NCBI GenBank assembly: GCA_044376115.1
Contig: JBILLK010000001.1
Coordinates: 64,001 to 128,000 of the forward strand
Length of the DNA stretch: 64,000 nt
Direction: 5' to 3'
Origin: Polyangiaceae bacterium
GTDB taxonomy: Bacteria; Myxococcota_A; Polyangia; Polyangiales; Polyangiaceae
Part shown: piece by piece, positions 1 through 9,403 of the stretch
Position numbering within the stretch: position 1 is the stretch's first letter
How the letters are laid out: each line of letters opens with the position of its first letter
Notes under the pieces: model-generated
Databases searched by the model: none
Told to the model about the DNA's origin: nothing
The model's input: the letters and a program-made list of their open reading frames with translations, nothing else
Made by a program: the position numbers and the translations under genes

Positions 1-662
1 TCAACTTCCGCTCCGATATGCCGGAGGCGATGGACCGGCTATTCGGTGGGATTCTCGCCGAGGATTGGGAGACTGTCGGCATGTTCGTCAAGCCGGGTGA
101 TGAGACACCGAAGCCGGAGCTCCTCGATCTGGCGGACCCGGACAGCCCCTCACGGCCAGCCAACGCCCGGATCCTCTTTCCTAACATCGGCTACAAGCAA
201 CAGCTCGGCATCCTGATCTTTGCCAATATCTACTCGCGGGCGGGCGCAGACATGTCACTCGCCAACAAGATGCGCTTGTGGGTCCTAGGCCACGAGGACG
301 CCATTGAGGTTGCTGAGTCTTCACAAGTACGCTTCACCGACCCCGTCTCCGGTTACACCTATATCGCTAAGAAGTACGGCGCAGACGAGATCGACGGGAA
401 GACCGTAGACAAAGGCATCGCATCTCGCATGGTGGCGCGCGCTAACGACCTGCTCGTCGCCTCGTACGAAGTAGTCACGGACGCGGAGGGCAAGACCGTA
501 TTGGACGAGTTTGGCGCCCCTACGCTGGTGCTGGACGCCGACGGGCAGCCTGTACTTCGCGCAGATGGCGCCGTTGGCAGCCTGACGCGCTACACTGGGC
601 TGCTCGACGCAACTCGGCAGATTGGGTTCCGTTTGGGCTACGGCCCGCTGGGCGGAAACTGA
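1..662 (+). CDS. C-terminal part of a large hypothetical protein (5' truncated by window edge)
   Basis: Frame of ORF 18..662 stays open to the window start; protein-like sequence; followed by a terminator hairpin. Confidence 0.75.
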   Translation, partial: NFRSDMPEAMDRLFGGILAEDWETVGMFVKPGDETPKPELLDLADPDSPSRPANARILFPNIGYKQQLGILIFANIYSRAGADMSLANKMRLWVLGHEDAIEVAESSQVRFTDPVSGYTYIAKKYGADEIDGKTVDKGIASRMVARANDLLVASYEVVTDAEGKTVLDEFGAPTLVLDADGQPVLRADGAVGSLTRYTGLLDATRQIGFRLGYGPLGGN

Positions 663-693
663 TCGAGCGGATCAAGAACCGCACCTCTTAACG

Positions 694-736
694 GCCGAAC
701 GGCGAACCAACTTTTCTGGTTCGTCGTTCGGCTTTT
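694..736 (+). terminator. Rho-independent terminator
   Basis: GCCGAACGGCGAACCA-loop-TGGTTCGTCGTTCGGC (16-bp stem, one G-U) followed by TTTT. Confidence 0.8.
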
Positions 737-777
737 GTGCCGCTTACAGTAGGCTTTGCCAGTGCGTTATACGTTGA

Positions 778-1313
778 TGACGGTCATTGCGTTCAGCATC
801 GCCCAGCGCTGGCGAAAGCTGACCTCCTGGTTCGTACTCTTTGCGAGCCTCTTCGTCTGGGGTTGTGACCTAGCCAGCGTTGAAGAGGAGTCCGGGGCGC
901 CCTTAGAAAGCTCGCCTGCGAGTCAATCAGCTGGTTCGAGCAGTCGAGCAACGGCCAGCGCCATGGCGCCGTCGGCGAGTTCTTCGGCGGCAAAGGCAGT
1001 AAAGCCCGATCCGAGCCTACTGCAATACCCGGGGCTTGCAACGGTCCCCCGAGAAGAGCGCCAAGCGATAATGGATACCTTGAGTCTGATCAAGACCGAT
1101 GGCCCATTCCCTCACGCCCAAGACGGAACAACGTTTCAGAACCGTGAACGCAACCTTCCGCTAAAGATCCGCGGGTACTATCGCGAATACACAGTACCAA
1201 CGCCAAGGGTGCAAACCCGTGGCAAGCGACGACTGGTGATTGGAAACGAGCGGGAGACCTACTACACTCGAGACCACTACAACTCGTTTATCGATTTAAA
1301 GGTGGCGCCGTGA
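778..1313 (+). CDS. Barnase/RNase Sa-family guanyl-specific ribonuclease, probable lipoprotein
   Basis: FQNRERNLP..GYYREYTV..RGKRRLVIG..YYTRDHYNSF motifs; hydrophobic N-terminus ending VWGC; Ser/Ala linker; exact start uncertain (ORF track 756). Confidence 0.9.
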
Positions 1314-1714
1314 TGGCTGACGACAATCTGTTTCCGGACCACCAGCGTGCCGTGCACTTTGTTACGGGGCAGCTGCCTGCGCCGTCTTCCACGGAGGAGG
1401 GACAGGTAGCATTCATTCACTCCGCCCGGGCCGATAAGGCTGCCATCATCGGCGCCATTTATGCGGCGTTGGGTCTCGAGGGAGAGGGGTTTGGCTGCAA
1501 TCTGGACGGTCTTTTCGACGTACTGACCTCCGTCACGCCGTCGGCGAGTCGCGTGCTCGTGTTCGAGTTTGGTGGAGAGCTGTGGAAGGAGGACCCGTTG
1601 GTTATGGGCCGATTGCTCGAGGTCTTCCTGGATGCTGCTGCCGCCGAGCGAGAACACAGTCGCACGCTCAATGTTGTGTTCTGTCTCGAGGAGGCGCCGG
1701 CGAGCGCCAAATGA
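1310..1714 (+). CDS. Barstar-family RNase inhibitor
   Basis: DKAAII..GFGCNLDGLFDVL barstar motif; acidic; 4-nt overlap with the RNase stop. Confidence 0.85.
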   Translation: MMADDNLFPDHQRAVHFVTGQLPAPSSTEEGQVAFIHSARADKAAIIGAIYAALGLEGEGFGCNLDGLFDVLTSVTPSASRVLVFEFGGELWKEDPLVMGRLLEVFLDAAAAEREHSRTLNVVFCLEEAPASAK

Positions 1715-2711
1715 CTGCGTCCACCACGTAGTGGTGAAAGTTGAAGGCGAGGAACACAACCATCACGGTCGGCAGCGTGTTCCATTGGAGCCTCGCGGTC
1801 ACAATGCCGAGTACCAGGTAGGTCACGGTTGAAAGACCAAGACAAGCTGCGGCATAAAAGAGGACGTTCCTCGGCTGCGAGAGCCAAGAGATGAACCGCT
1901 TCTCGGGCTGTACTCCTGTGCGAAACTCCCGCGCATTGGTAGCCCAGACGAATACGATGTACTGGGCGTTGTGCCAGACATTGATAAAGAGCCACCCTGC
2001 TGTCACTTCGGCGATTGCTATGTAGCTGATGAAGGTCATCGCGACGTGTGACAGGACGAACAGGGTCTGACCTCGTTGAGCCTTCCGTGTGGCGCTTGGT
2101 GAGCGCAAGCGACGCAGTAGCCAAACCGTGAAGAGCGCGAGCGTCCCCGCACCAACGACCGCGGCTATCGAGCTAGCAATGGGCGGACTGTAGAGAGCCG
2201 CCGAATAGAAGATTGGTTGCTGCTGGCTTGCCCGATGTATTAGCCCCCAGACTGGGAAGGCGGCGATGACTAGCGTTGTAAGGCTGTCTGTCGCAGGGCC
2301 CTGCAACCCTGCAGCACGTCCATACGCTCGTGCAATCCCATAGCTTTGCCGCGAATAGTGGAATGTCTGCCAATAGAAATAGAGGCTATTGAGGAATACG
2401 GCGCCCCACAGATAGGTCGTTAGAGCAGTAGCACCAAGTACAATTGGGAAGAGCAGCGTAAGGAGGAACCAATGACGTTTGGCGCTCCCCTTATCAAAGG
2501 CGATCCGGGTGTAGGTCGAGGCAACGTGCGGGTAGGCTATCAACCATACGTCCAAGAGCAGCACGTTCATGAACGCTGCCTCGGAGCTACCCGCCAGCAA
2601 GCCGAGAGCCAGCGCGAGGAGAAAGACTCCTCCAATAAACAGTGCATCAAAGCGTGGCCCTCGAAGCCAGCCCGGCCTTGCTGCATCAGTCAGGTGCGCG
2701 CTCGACTGCAC
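1668..2711 (-). CDS. Multi-pass membrane protein with His motifs, function unknown
   Basis: Many hydrophobic segments; motifs HVASTY, FHYSRQSYG, WHNAQY, FHHYVVDAVIW; GTG 2711 chosen to avoid overlap with the upstream gene. Confidence 0.75.
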   Translation of the reverse strand: MQSSAHLTDAARPGWLRGPRFDALFIGGVFLLALALGLLAGSSEAAFMNVLLLDVWLIAYPHVASTYTRIAFDKGSAKRHWFLLTLLFPIVLGATALTTYLWGAVFLNSLYFYWQTFHYSRQSYGIARAYGRAAGLQGPATDSLTTLVIAAFPVWGLIHRASQQQPIFYSAALYSPPIASSIAAVVGAGTLALFTVWLLRRLRSPSATRKAQRGQTLFVLSHVAMTFISYIAIAEVTAGWLFINVWHNAQYIVFVWATNAREFRTGVQPEKRFISWLSQPRNVLFYAAACLGLSTVTYLVLGIVTARLQWNTLPTVMVVFLAFNFHHYVVDAVIWRSPAPPRDRTQH

Positions 2712-2728
2712 GGCGACGAGGGTAGCAG

Positions 2729-3925
2729 CTACTCGTCCTTCATCTTGCCTTTCAGTTTCTTCCCTGCGAAGCGAGCTCGCGGCGTTTCGGGGGTTGCGTC
2801 CTTGGCGTTGGGACCAAGGAGAGTTCCGCACATTGTCTTGCACAGGATGTCGTTGGCGTCGCAGGTGCAGCGCCCCTGTGACTTGAGTTCGAGCTTCGTC
2901 TTCATGTCGTTGACGCTGAACTGTGCCAACTTCTCGACCTTGACGATGTCCCAGCCAGCCTTGGCTTGGCGTGGGGTGAGCGGCATCGTTGGCTTGCCGT
3001 CTGGCTCGGAGCAGCAGCGGAAGCTTAGGAAGTAATAGTAGAAGTCTTCACCGTGCGTGTAGACCTTGGGGCGGCATTGATTACGAACCCCGCTGTACCA
3101 AGGCCCGCCCGTGTGGATGCTATCGAACTTGCCACGGGTCGTCCCGTTCGGAGCTTGCTCGCTAGCCACCACTTCATCGGCGTTACCGGGCATATCGTAG
3201 ACGCCAAAGTCGCTTACGCAGCCTGGCTGGGAGCCGCTGGGCATACCCTTCCAGAGGCGGCCGAGCTCCTTGGAGTCGCGCTTCTCCACCAGAGACATGT
3301 TCGGGTCATCCCACTTGTGATCGCCATTGCAGATTAGCGGATCGCGCTTGTACCCGTACGGAAACGGCTTCATCTCCGGCCCCTCACAAGCGAAGCTCCA
3401 TTCGCTTTCGGTGCACATACGTTTGCCGACGGCCGCACATTTGACCTGCGCTTGGTGAAAACGGTTCATCACCTCGGGGCGCTCTCCGGCGACGTTCGGC
3501 CACTCGTACTTATCAATGCAGTAGCGTTTTTTCTCGCGTGAGCCTGTGCACTTGGCCGTGGGCTCAAACACCTCACAGACGCGCTTCTTGTTGGCCTCGG
3601 CCCACCACTCTTTGATGCACTTGTGTTCTACCTCTGTGCAGTAGTCCCCCTCGACGAGCACCATATTTGCGGGGCAGGTAGGCGGCGGTGGCGCTGGATC
3701 GGTAGCCGTGGTCGTCGGAGCTGCAACCAGCTTCACGTCGGGCAACCCAGGGGAGGAAGACGCAGCTGAGCCGGAGGACGCAGAGTCGGCAGGCGGCCGA
3801 CCCGGTTCAACCGGAATTGGCCCAGGCTCTGCCGGTGCCCCACCGGCACAGGACGCCAAGGCGGCAAACCATGCAGTCGCGAACGCTTGAAGTCGGTGGG
3901 AGCTAGGGAGCGGTAAAGCTTTCAT
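2729..3925 (-). CDS. Formylglycine-generating-enzyme (SUMF1)-like domain lipoprotein
   Basis: CPANMVLVEG, YCIDKYE, GKRMCTESEW..AC, FGVYDMPGNADE, FRCC motifs; LASC lipobox; start MKALPL at 3925. Confidence 0.85.
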   Translation of the reverse strand: MKALPLPSSHRLQAFATAWFAALASCAGGAPAEPGPIPVEPGRPPADSASSGSAASSSPGLPDVKLVAAPTTTATDPAPPPPTCPANMVLVEGDYCTEVEHKCIKEWWAEANKKRVCEVFEPTAKCTGSREKKRYCIDKYEWPNVAGERPEVMNRFHQAQVKCAAVGKRMCTESEWSFACEGPEMKPFPYGYKRDPLICNGDHKWDDPNMSLVEKRDSKELGRLWKGMPSGSQPGCVSDFGVYDMPGNADEVVASEQAPNGTTRGKFDSIHTGGPWYSGVRNQCRPKVYTHGEDFYYYFLSFRCCSEPDGKPTMPLTPRQAKAGWDIVKVEKLAQFSVNDMKTKLELKSQGRCTCDANDILCKTMCGTLLGPNAKDATPETPRARFAGKKLKGKMKDE

Positions 3926-4132
3926 TCGATGATCTCTGGGAAGGTGGCGGGGCTGCGATACCACGAAACAGGCCGTTCCATGGGAGCTAGGCCGCAACCG
4001 CAAGAGCCACAATTGCAAGGTCGTGGTTGGAGTCCAGCTTGGACGGAACGCTCGGCAACTCCTCCGACATCCTGCCACCGAGTTTTTGTCGAACAGTTGG
4101 CCGAAAGCGTCGGCTTTCGCTAACCGGGTCGC

Positions 4133-5020
4133 ATGTCGCCGAACAACGCAACGAGCACGGCCTTCCGTGACGAGAGCGACCGCGTGAGCGGCGTCTCGGT
4201 TGCGAGCCGTCAGGCGTCGCTTCCAACGGTTGCGGGTGCCGAGGCTGCGTCCGTGAGTGAGGGCAGCCCGGTCGAGATCAATCGACCGATCTGGGCTGTC
4301 GACCTGGGAACCGAGATGCGTGCGGTTTCCACCTTCGAGCTGTGGATGGCGCTTTCGCGGGGAGACTACTCCACCGATGTTCTCGTGTGGCGGATGGGTC
4401 GCGAGTGCTGGAGCCCGGCGCAGGACGTGCCCGAGTTGGCCTGCGCTCTGGCTGGGGTCACCCCGGCAAGCAACGTCGCTGCAAGCAGGGATAGCGCGAC
4501 CCATGAACGCGCCACGTTGGACTACGCACAGACTCCAACCTCGGGTGTCTTTGAGTGCAACGCGGCGGCATCGCGGTCTGACACGGCATCGCCCGAGGCT
4601 GCGCTTGAGCTCGACGATAGCGAGACTCCGCCTGCGACCAGCGCGACGCTCGCCCCATCCCCGCTTCCCCTGGTTGAGCACGAGATCGAGCCTGCAGCAC
4701 ACGCGGTGGAAGCTCCTCGCCGACGGCCGCGAGTGCGGCGGGTACAGCCACGTTTAATCGCAGCGCTCGGTGCCGCGTTGCTGACCGTGAGCACCCTCGG
4801 GCTTGCCGCAGCCCATGCGCCCAAGGCAGCAGCGGCCTCGTATGGGATCCCTGCTGGCCGTGTGACCTTGGAGATCGAGGTCCCGGCGCAGCCGATCGAA
4901 GCTCCGGCGGTCGAAACCGAGGCAAAACACGAGGAAACACGGTTCCAAGCGCATCCGACAAGCCGACCAAAGCGCGTTTCACCCCAGCACAGCGGACAAC
5001 ACCGACGCCGTCAGAGATAA
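4133..5020 (+). CDS. GYF_2 (DUF4339)-domain protein with one TM segment
   Basis: LVWRMGRECWSPAQDVPEL matches the GYF_2 signature; low-complexity linker; hydrophobic helix near the C-terminus. Confidence 0.7.
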   Translation: MSPNNATSTAFRDESDRVSGVSVASRQASLPTVAGAEAASVSEGSPVEINRPIWAVDLGTEMRAVSTFELWMALSRGDYSTDVLVWRMGRECWSPAQDVPELACALAGVTPASNVAASRDSATHERATLDYAQTPTSGVFECNAAASRSDTASPEAALELDDSETPPATSATLAPSPLPLVEHEIEPAAHAVEAPRRRPRVRRVQPRLIAALGAALLTVSTLGLAAAHAPKAAAASYGIPAGRVTLEIEVPAQPIEAPAVETEAKHEETRFQAHPTSRPKRVSPQHSGQHRRRQR

Positions 5021-5103
5021 AGTTGCTCCATCGACTTGTTGGAAAACGGATCGAAACCGGCTAAACATCCCGCTCGCTAGTCACGGCCCTCGCCGTGGCT
5101 CTC

Positions 5104-5177
5104 TCCGGTGTCGTCTAAGGGCAGGACGGGGGACTTTGAATCCCCTAATCGTGGTTCGAATCCACGCACCGGAACCA
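5104..5177 (+). tRNA. tRNA-Gln (anticodon TTG)
   Basis: Acceptor TCCGGTG/CACCGGA, anticodon arm GGGGA-CTTTGAA-TCCCC, T-arm CGTGG-TTCGAAT-CCACG, encoded CCA. Confidence 0.95.
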
Positions 5178-5314
5178 TCAGCTATGGGAGGCGCTTGCCC
5201 GCGTGCGAGCGATCGAGGCTGCCGGACGGTGCTTCCGCGGGGCGCGAGGAGTTGTGCGCCCAGGCGCCGCCGTGTTGGTGAATGAACCGATTGGCGAGGC
5301 TCGCCTGGTTGGCG

Positions 5315-5355
5315 AACAAAAGAGAACGCCCTCGTTCCCTGGGGAAACGAGGGCG
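5315..5355 (-). terminator. Rho-independent terminator of the DUF4215 gene
   Basis: CGCCCTCGTT..AACGAGGGCG stem followed on the minus strand by TTCTCTTTTGTT. Confidence 0.7.
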
Positions 5356-5383
5356 CTCAATCTCACAATCTCAACTCACCCGA

Positions 5384-8236
5384 TCAGGGGTAGTTGATGC
5401 GTAGCTGGTAGGCCATGATCGCGGTGTCATCACTGAAGTCAATCACGTGGGCATACACCGTGGTGAAGGCCGGGATCGTGAAGCTGAGCAGCGAGCAGTT
5501 GCCAGTGCCGCTGTCATCGTCGAACGCGAGCTGAGTGCCCGCTGCGTTACGAATGCGGATCTGGGTGTCGGCTGTGGCACATACCCCGAAGGTCGGTGCG
5601 CCGGTCTCGAACGCCACCGCGAGAGGAGCTGCTGTGGTGTTGGTGACTGCGTAGACATCGTCATCTCCCGCTACGAGAAGCGCCGCCGAGATGAGCACAT
5701 CGCCACAGAAGAAGCCGTCGGCGTTAGCGGCCGAGAAGTCATTCGTTGCGGTTGCGGTCATGCCGTCATCATTCGGCTCTGACTCGGTGAAGGTGGCAGC
5801 AGCTTGGCACTCGACATTGCAGTTGTTGCAACCGTCGCCCGCCATCATGTTCCCGTCCTCACAGGTCTCGGGTGAATCCACGAAGGTGTCGCCGCAGACA
5901 GGGACGCGGGTGCAATCTGCGTTGCAGTTAGCGCCGCCGTCACACTCTTCCGAGCCTTCCACAATGTTGTTGCCACAAGCGGCAACGATGGTTCCGCGCA
6001 GAACGTAGTTCGGAATGACCGTGTTGCTTTGGAAGTCGATCACGCGGACGAAGTAGGTGCCGGCCGCGAGGTTGCGTGCCCCAGCGTCTGTTGTGGGGTT
6101 GATCAACGAGCAGCTGTTGATCCCGTCTTCATCGTCGGACACCAGGACGGTGGTTCCGTTGGGAGCGCGGAGTTCGATCACCGTATCGATGCCACCGGTG
6201 CAGGTTGCGCCGGTCGAATCGAAGGTCTCGAAGCGGACGTCCGAGGACGATGCAGTAAGAGTGAAGGACCAGAAGTCGACATCGGTGCCGGGGGTGATGC
6301 CACCGCAGTTCGGCTGGAGGCCGAACACGCCGAGGTCAGCGGTCGCCGAGGTGTCATTCGCTTCGCTCTCGCTGTTGCACTCGAGGTTGCAGGTGCTCGA
6401 GCAGCCGTCGCCGTTCATCGTGTTGCCGCCGTCGCACTGCTCGGGCGCATCGACGAAGCCGTCACCGCAGACCGGGACGCGGGTGCAGTCAGCATTGCAG
6501 TTTGCCCCACCGTCGCACTCTTCCGGTGCTTCAGTGATGTTGTTGCCGCATTGAGCGTTCAGTTGAACCTTGACGCGGTAGTTAGCGATCGCCTCGTTCT
6601 CGGCGAAGTCGATGACCCGGACGAAGTAGGTACCGGCAGCGAGCGCGCCGCTGACGATGCGCGAGCAACGGTTGGTGCTGCCATTGATGTCGTCGTTGTT
6701 TGCGAGCTGCGTGGTCCCATTCGGTGCGAACAGGAACATGTTCGTGTCTACGGTGCCATCGACGCAACCAACGAAGGTGCCGTTCACGTCCTGGGTTTCG
6801 ATCGTCACGAAGCTGGCCGGACCGGTAACCGTGAACGAGTAGAAATCGTCATCCCCGATCGGGTTGATCGAAGCGCAGTTAGCGATGTTGTTCGCAGGAA
6901 TTGCGTCTGCGGTGGCGGTCGTGTCGTTGGGCTCGCTCTCGCTGAGGCCGGGGCATACAGCCGTACACATATTGGTGCAGGTGTCGTTGTTGACCATGTT
7001 GCCATCGTCACATTGCTCACCCGCCTCGATGGTGCCGTTGCCACAGAGCAGCGTGCAAACGGAGGCCATGCCCATCATGTTGGTGCACTCGAAGCCAGGC
7101 TCGACTGCGCAGGTAGGCGAACAGCCGTCGCCCATCATGGCGTTCATGTCGTCGCAGCCTTCACCCGGACCAACGTCGCCATCACCGCAGGGGCTGATGT
7201 TGAAGAGGAGGTCGGTGGTGTCGCCCGCGTCGAAGGTCCACGAGTCGATCGTGACGAAGTAGGTGCCTGCCGTGGTGGCTTGGAATACGAGACCGGGATC
7301 GACCTCAGCCGCCCCGACACCGTCGAAGGATTCGACGCAGACAGCTGCGTTGTCGCAGGTGCTGGTTACGTGAAAGAGAGCGTCAAGCGTGCCGCTCTGC
7401 GCAACCTGCAGAGTGTCACCAACCGCGAGATCAACGCTGAATACGATGTCGGGCTTCGCATTCATGTTGCCGCTCGGGTCGAGGCACGATGCGTCGGTGA
7501 AGAGCAGATCGTCGCCGAACAGAGCAATGTCCGTGGGGGCGAAGACGAAGCCGTCTCCGGTCACGACGATGGGCGTCATGCAGCTGCCTGCGAGCGCGCA
7601 AACGCTGGGCTGGCCGCTGCAAGCAAATCCGAGTTCCACAGCGCAGTTGACGTTGCAACCGTCGCCGTCGACCGGGGGCATCACGCCTTCGTCGCATTCC
7701 TCGGTGCCAGCGACGATGCCGTCGCCGCAGCCGGTCATGCAGACCGAGGGCTCGCCAGCGCAGCTGAAGCCGTTCTCAATGGCGCAGGCATCGCTGCAAC
7801 CATCACCGGCGACGGTGTTGTCGTCGTCACAGGTCTCAGCGCCAACAGCGATAACGCCGTCACCGCACTCCGCGGTGCAGTCGCTCGGCTCGCCGTTGCA
7901 AGCGTAGCCCGTCTCAACGGCGCACTGCGAATCACAGCCGTCACCGTTCGTGGTGTTGTTGTCATCACAGCCCTCATCCGGGGTGGTAACGGTGCCGTCG
8001 CCGCACACGACAGGAGGAGCGCCGCCGCCACCTTCACCACCGCCGCCGGGCTGGCCGCCCTGGCCACCACCACCGTTGTCGCCGCCTTGGCCGCCGCCGC
8101 CAGCAGTGTTGCCGCCGCCACCGGCGCTCTCGCCGCCGCCACCCGTATTATTGCCACCGCCGCCGCTGGACGAATCGTCCCCGCAAGCCGCTACAAGGAA
8201 CCCAACCATTACGGCGGGGATCAGGATTTTGCGCAT
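5384..8236 (-). CDS. Large Cys-rich lipoprotein with Myxococcus cysteine-rich (DUF4215) repeats and PPC-like beta domains
   Basis: VAAC lipobox, Gly-rich linker, many CGDG..E.CDDGN...GDGC repeats, ESEPND and LAAGTYFVRV motifs; GGAGG SD before ATG 8236. Confidence 0.9.
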   Translation of the reverse strand: MRKILIPAVMVGFLVAACGDDSSSGGGGNNTGGGGESAGGGGNTAGGGGQGGDNGGGGQGGQPGGGGEGGGGAPPVVCGDGTVTTPDEGCDDNNTTNGDGCDSQCAVETGYACNGEPSDCTAECGDGVIAVGAETCDDDNTVAGDGCSDACAIENGFSCAGEPSVCMTGCGDGIVAGTEECDEGVMPPVDGDGCNVNCAVELGFACSGQPSVCALAGSCMTPIVVTGDGFVFAPTDIALFGDDLLFTDASCLDPSGNMNAKPDIVFSVDLAVGDTLQVAQSGTLDALFHVTSTCDNAAVCVESFDGVGAAEVDPGLVFQATTAGTYFVTIDSWTFDAGDTTDLLFNISPCGDGDVGPGEGCDDMNAMMGDGCSPTCAVEPGFECTNMMGMASVCTLLCGNGTIEAGEQCDDGNMVNNDTCTNMCTAVCPGLSESEPNDTTATADAIPANNIANCASINPIGDDDFYSFTVTGPASFVTIETQDVNGTFVGCVDGTVDTNMFLFAPNGTTQLANNDDINGSTNRCSRIVSGALAAGTYFVRVIDFAENEAIANYRVKVQLNAQCGNNITEAPEECDGGANCNADCTRVPVCGDGFVDAPEQCDGGNTMNGDGCSSTCNLECNSESEANDTSATADLGVFGLQPNCGGITPGTDVDFWSFTLTASSSDVRFETFDSTGATCTGGIDTVIELRAPNGTTVLVSDDEDGINSCSLINPTTDAGARNLAAGTYFVRVIDFQSNTVIPNYVLRGTIVAACGNNIVEGSEECDGGANCNADCTRVPVCGDTFVDSPETCEDGNMMAGDGCNNCNVECQAAATFTESEPNDDGMTATATNDFSAANADGFFCGDVLISAALLVAGDDDVYAVTNTTAAPLAVAFETGAPTFGVCATADTQIRIRNAAGTQLAFDDDSGTGNCSLLSFTIPAFTTVYAHVIDFSDDTAIMAYQLRINYP

Positions 8237-8351
8237 AAGTCCTCCAAGCAGCCTTTTCACCGATCCGCCACGTGGCTGCAACGGGCAAGTTTCCGACAGG
8301 ACCATCCCGCGAAGCTTGCTCCGAGCGCCGTACCGCAGAGAAGATGCCTAG

Positions 8352-9396
8352 ATGAAGCTCTATCCCGGCGTGCTGCACCTTTGCCTCGCGTTTGCATCGG
8401 TCGGCGGGTGCGGCGATTCGAGCCAAACTACGACGGCAGGCGGTGCAAACCAGGGAGGCAGCCCCAACGGAGGAGCCAGCCAGGGAGCCAACGGCCCTGG
8501 AACCGGCGCATCCGGCGTTGGGGGAGGTGGCGCAAGCCCTTCAACCAGCAGCAACGGGGGTGGGGGCAGTGGGGGGCAGCCCCGCCTCGTTCAATGGGTT
8601 TCCGCCAGAATGGCCGTCGGGAGAATCATGTGGCGCCGAAGACCCCATCTTCGTTTGGCAGCTGACCCCGGATACCTACATATTGCGCCAGTCCCTGTGC
8701 ACCAGCTTTGAAGGACCGTTCCTCTATTTGTTATTTGGTGAGGACAAGGTTCTGCTCGAGGACACCGGAGATGGCGGAATTCCGGTGCGCGAGGTTGTGC
8801 AGTCGGTGATCGATGATTGGTTGGCCGCCAACAACAAATCCTCGATCGAGCTCGTGGTCATGCACTCCCATTCGCACGGGGATCATGTTTCGGGCGATGG
8901 GCAATTCGTGGGGCAGCCGGGCGTTACACTGGTGGGGACTGGGCTCAACGACGTCACGAATTTCTTCGGCATCGACAACTGGGCAACCGAGATTGTGCCG
9001 TTTGAACTGGGCGGCCGCACGCTCAGCCTGATCCCGATTCCAGGGCATCAGTCGGCCCACGTAGCGATCTACGACCCGAAGTACGAGCTGCTGCTTACGG
9101 GAGATACGCTGTACCCAGGTAGGCTCTACATTCAGAACTTTGGCGATTACGTCACGAGCGTCGAACGGCTTGTAGACTTCGCCAATTCAAACCCGGTGGC
9201 CTGGGTACTTGGGACCCATATCGAGATGACCCAAACGCCTGGGGTCGACTTCGACTTTGGCGCGGATGTGCATGTTAACGAGCGCCCGTTGGAGCTAACG
9301 CTTGACCACCTGCTCGAGCTCCAAGCAGCGGTAACTGCGATGGGCAACTCACCCAGTTATGAGGTCCACGATGACTTCATCATCTACCCGCTGTGA
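8352..9396 (+). pseudogene. MBL-fold metallo-hydrolase lipoprotein, apparently frameshifted near 8571-8583
   Basis: Signal/lipobox (VGGC) and Gly linker are in frame 8352; HSHSHGDH, PGH and TGDT motifs are in frame 8392; removing one base joins them. Confidence 0.75.
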
Positions 9397-9403
9397 CTAC
9401 CGC

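Noticed and set aside
3926..4702. N-terminal extension of ORF 2729..4702
   Set aside because: Overlaps the opposite-strand GYF_2 gene; the lipoprotein signal begins at 3925
5104..5380. tRNA-Gln as an integration site
   Set aside because: No integrase and no duplicate of the tRNA 3' end noticed in the window
6029..8665. 878-aa + strand ORF
   Set aside because: Antisense shadow of the DUF4215 gene; no motifs; long shadow ORFs are expected at high GC
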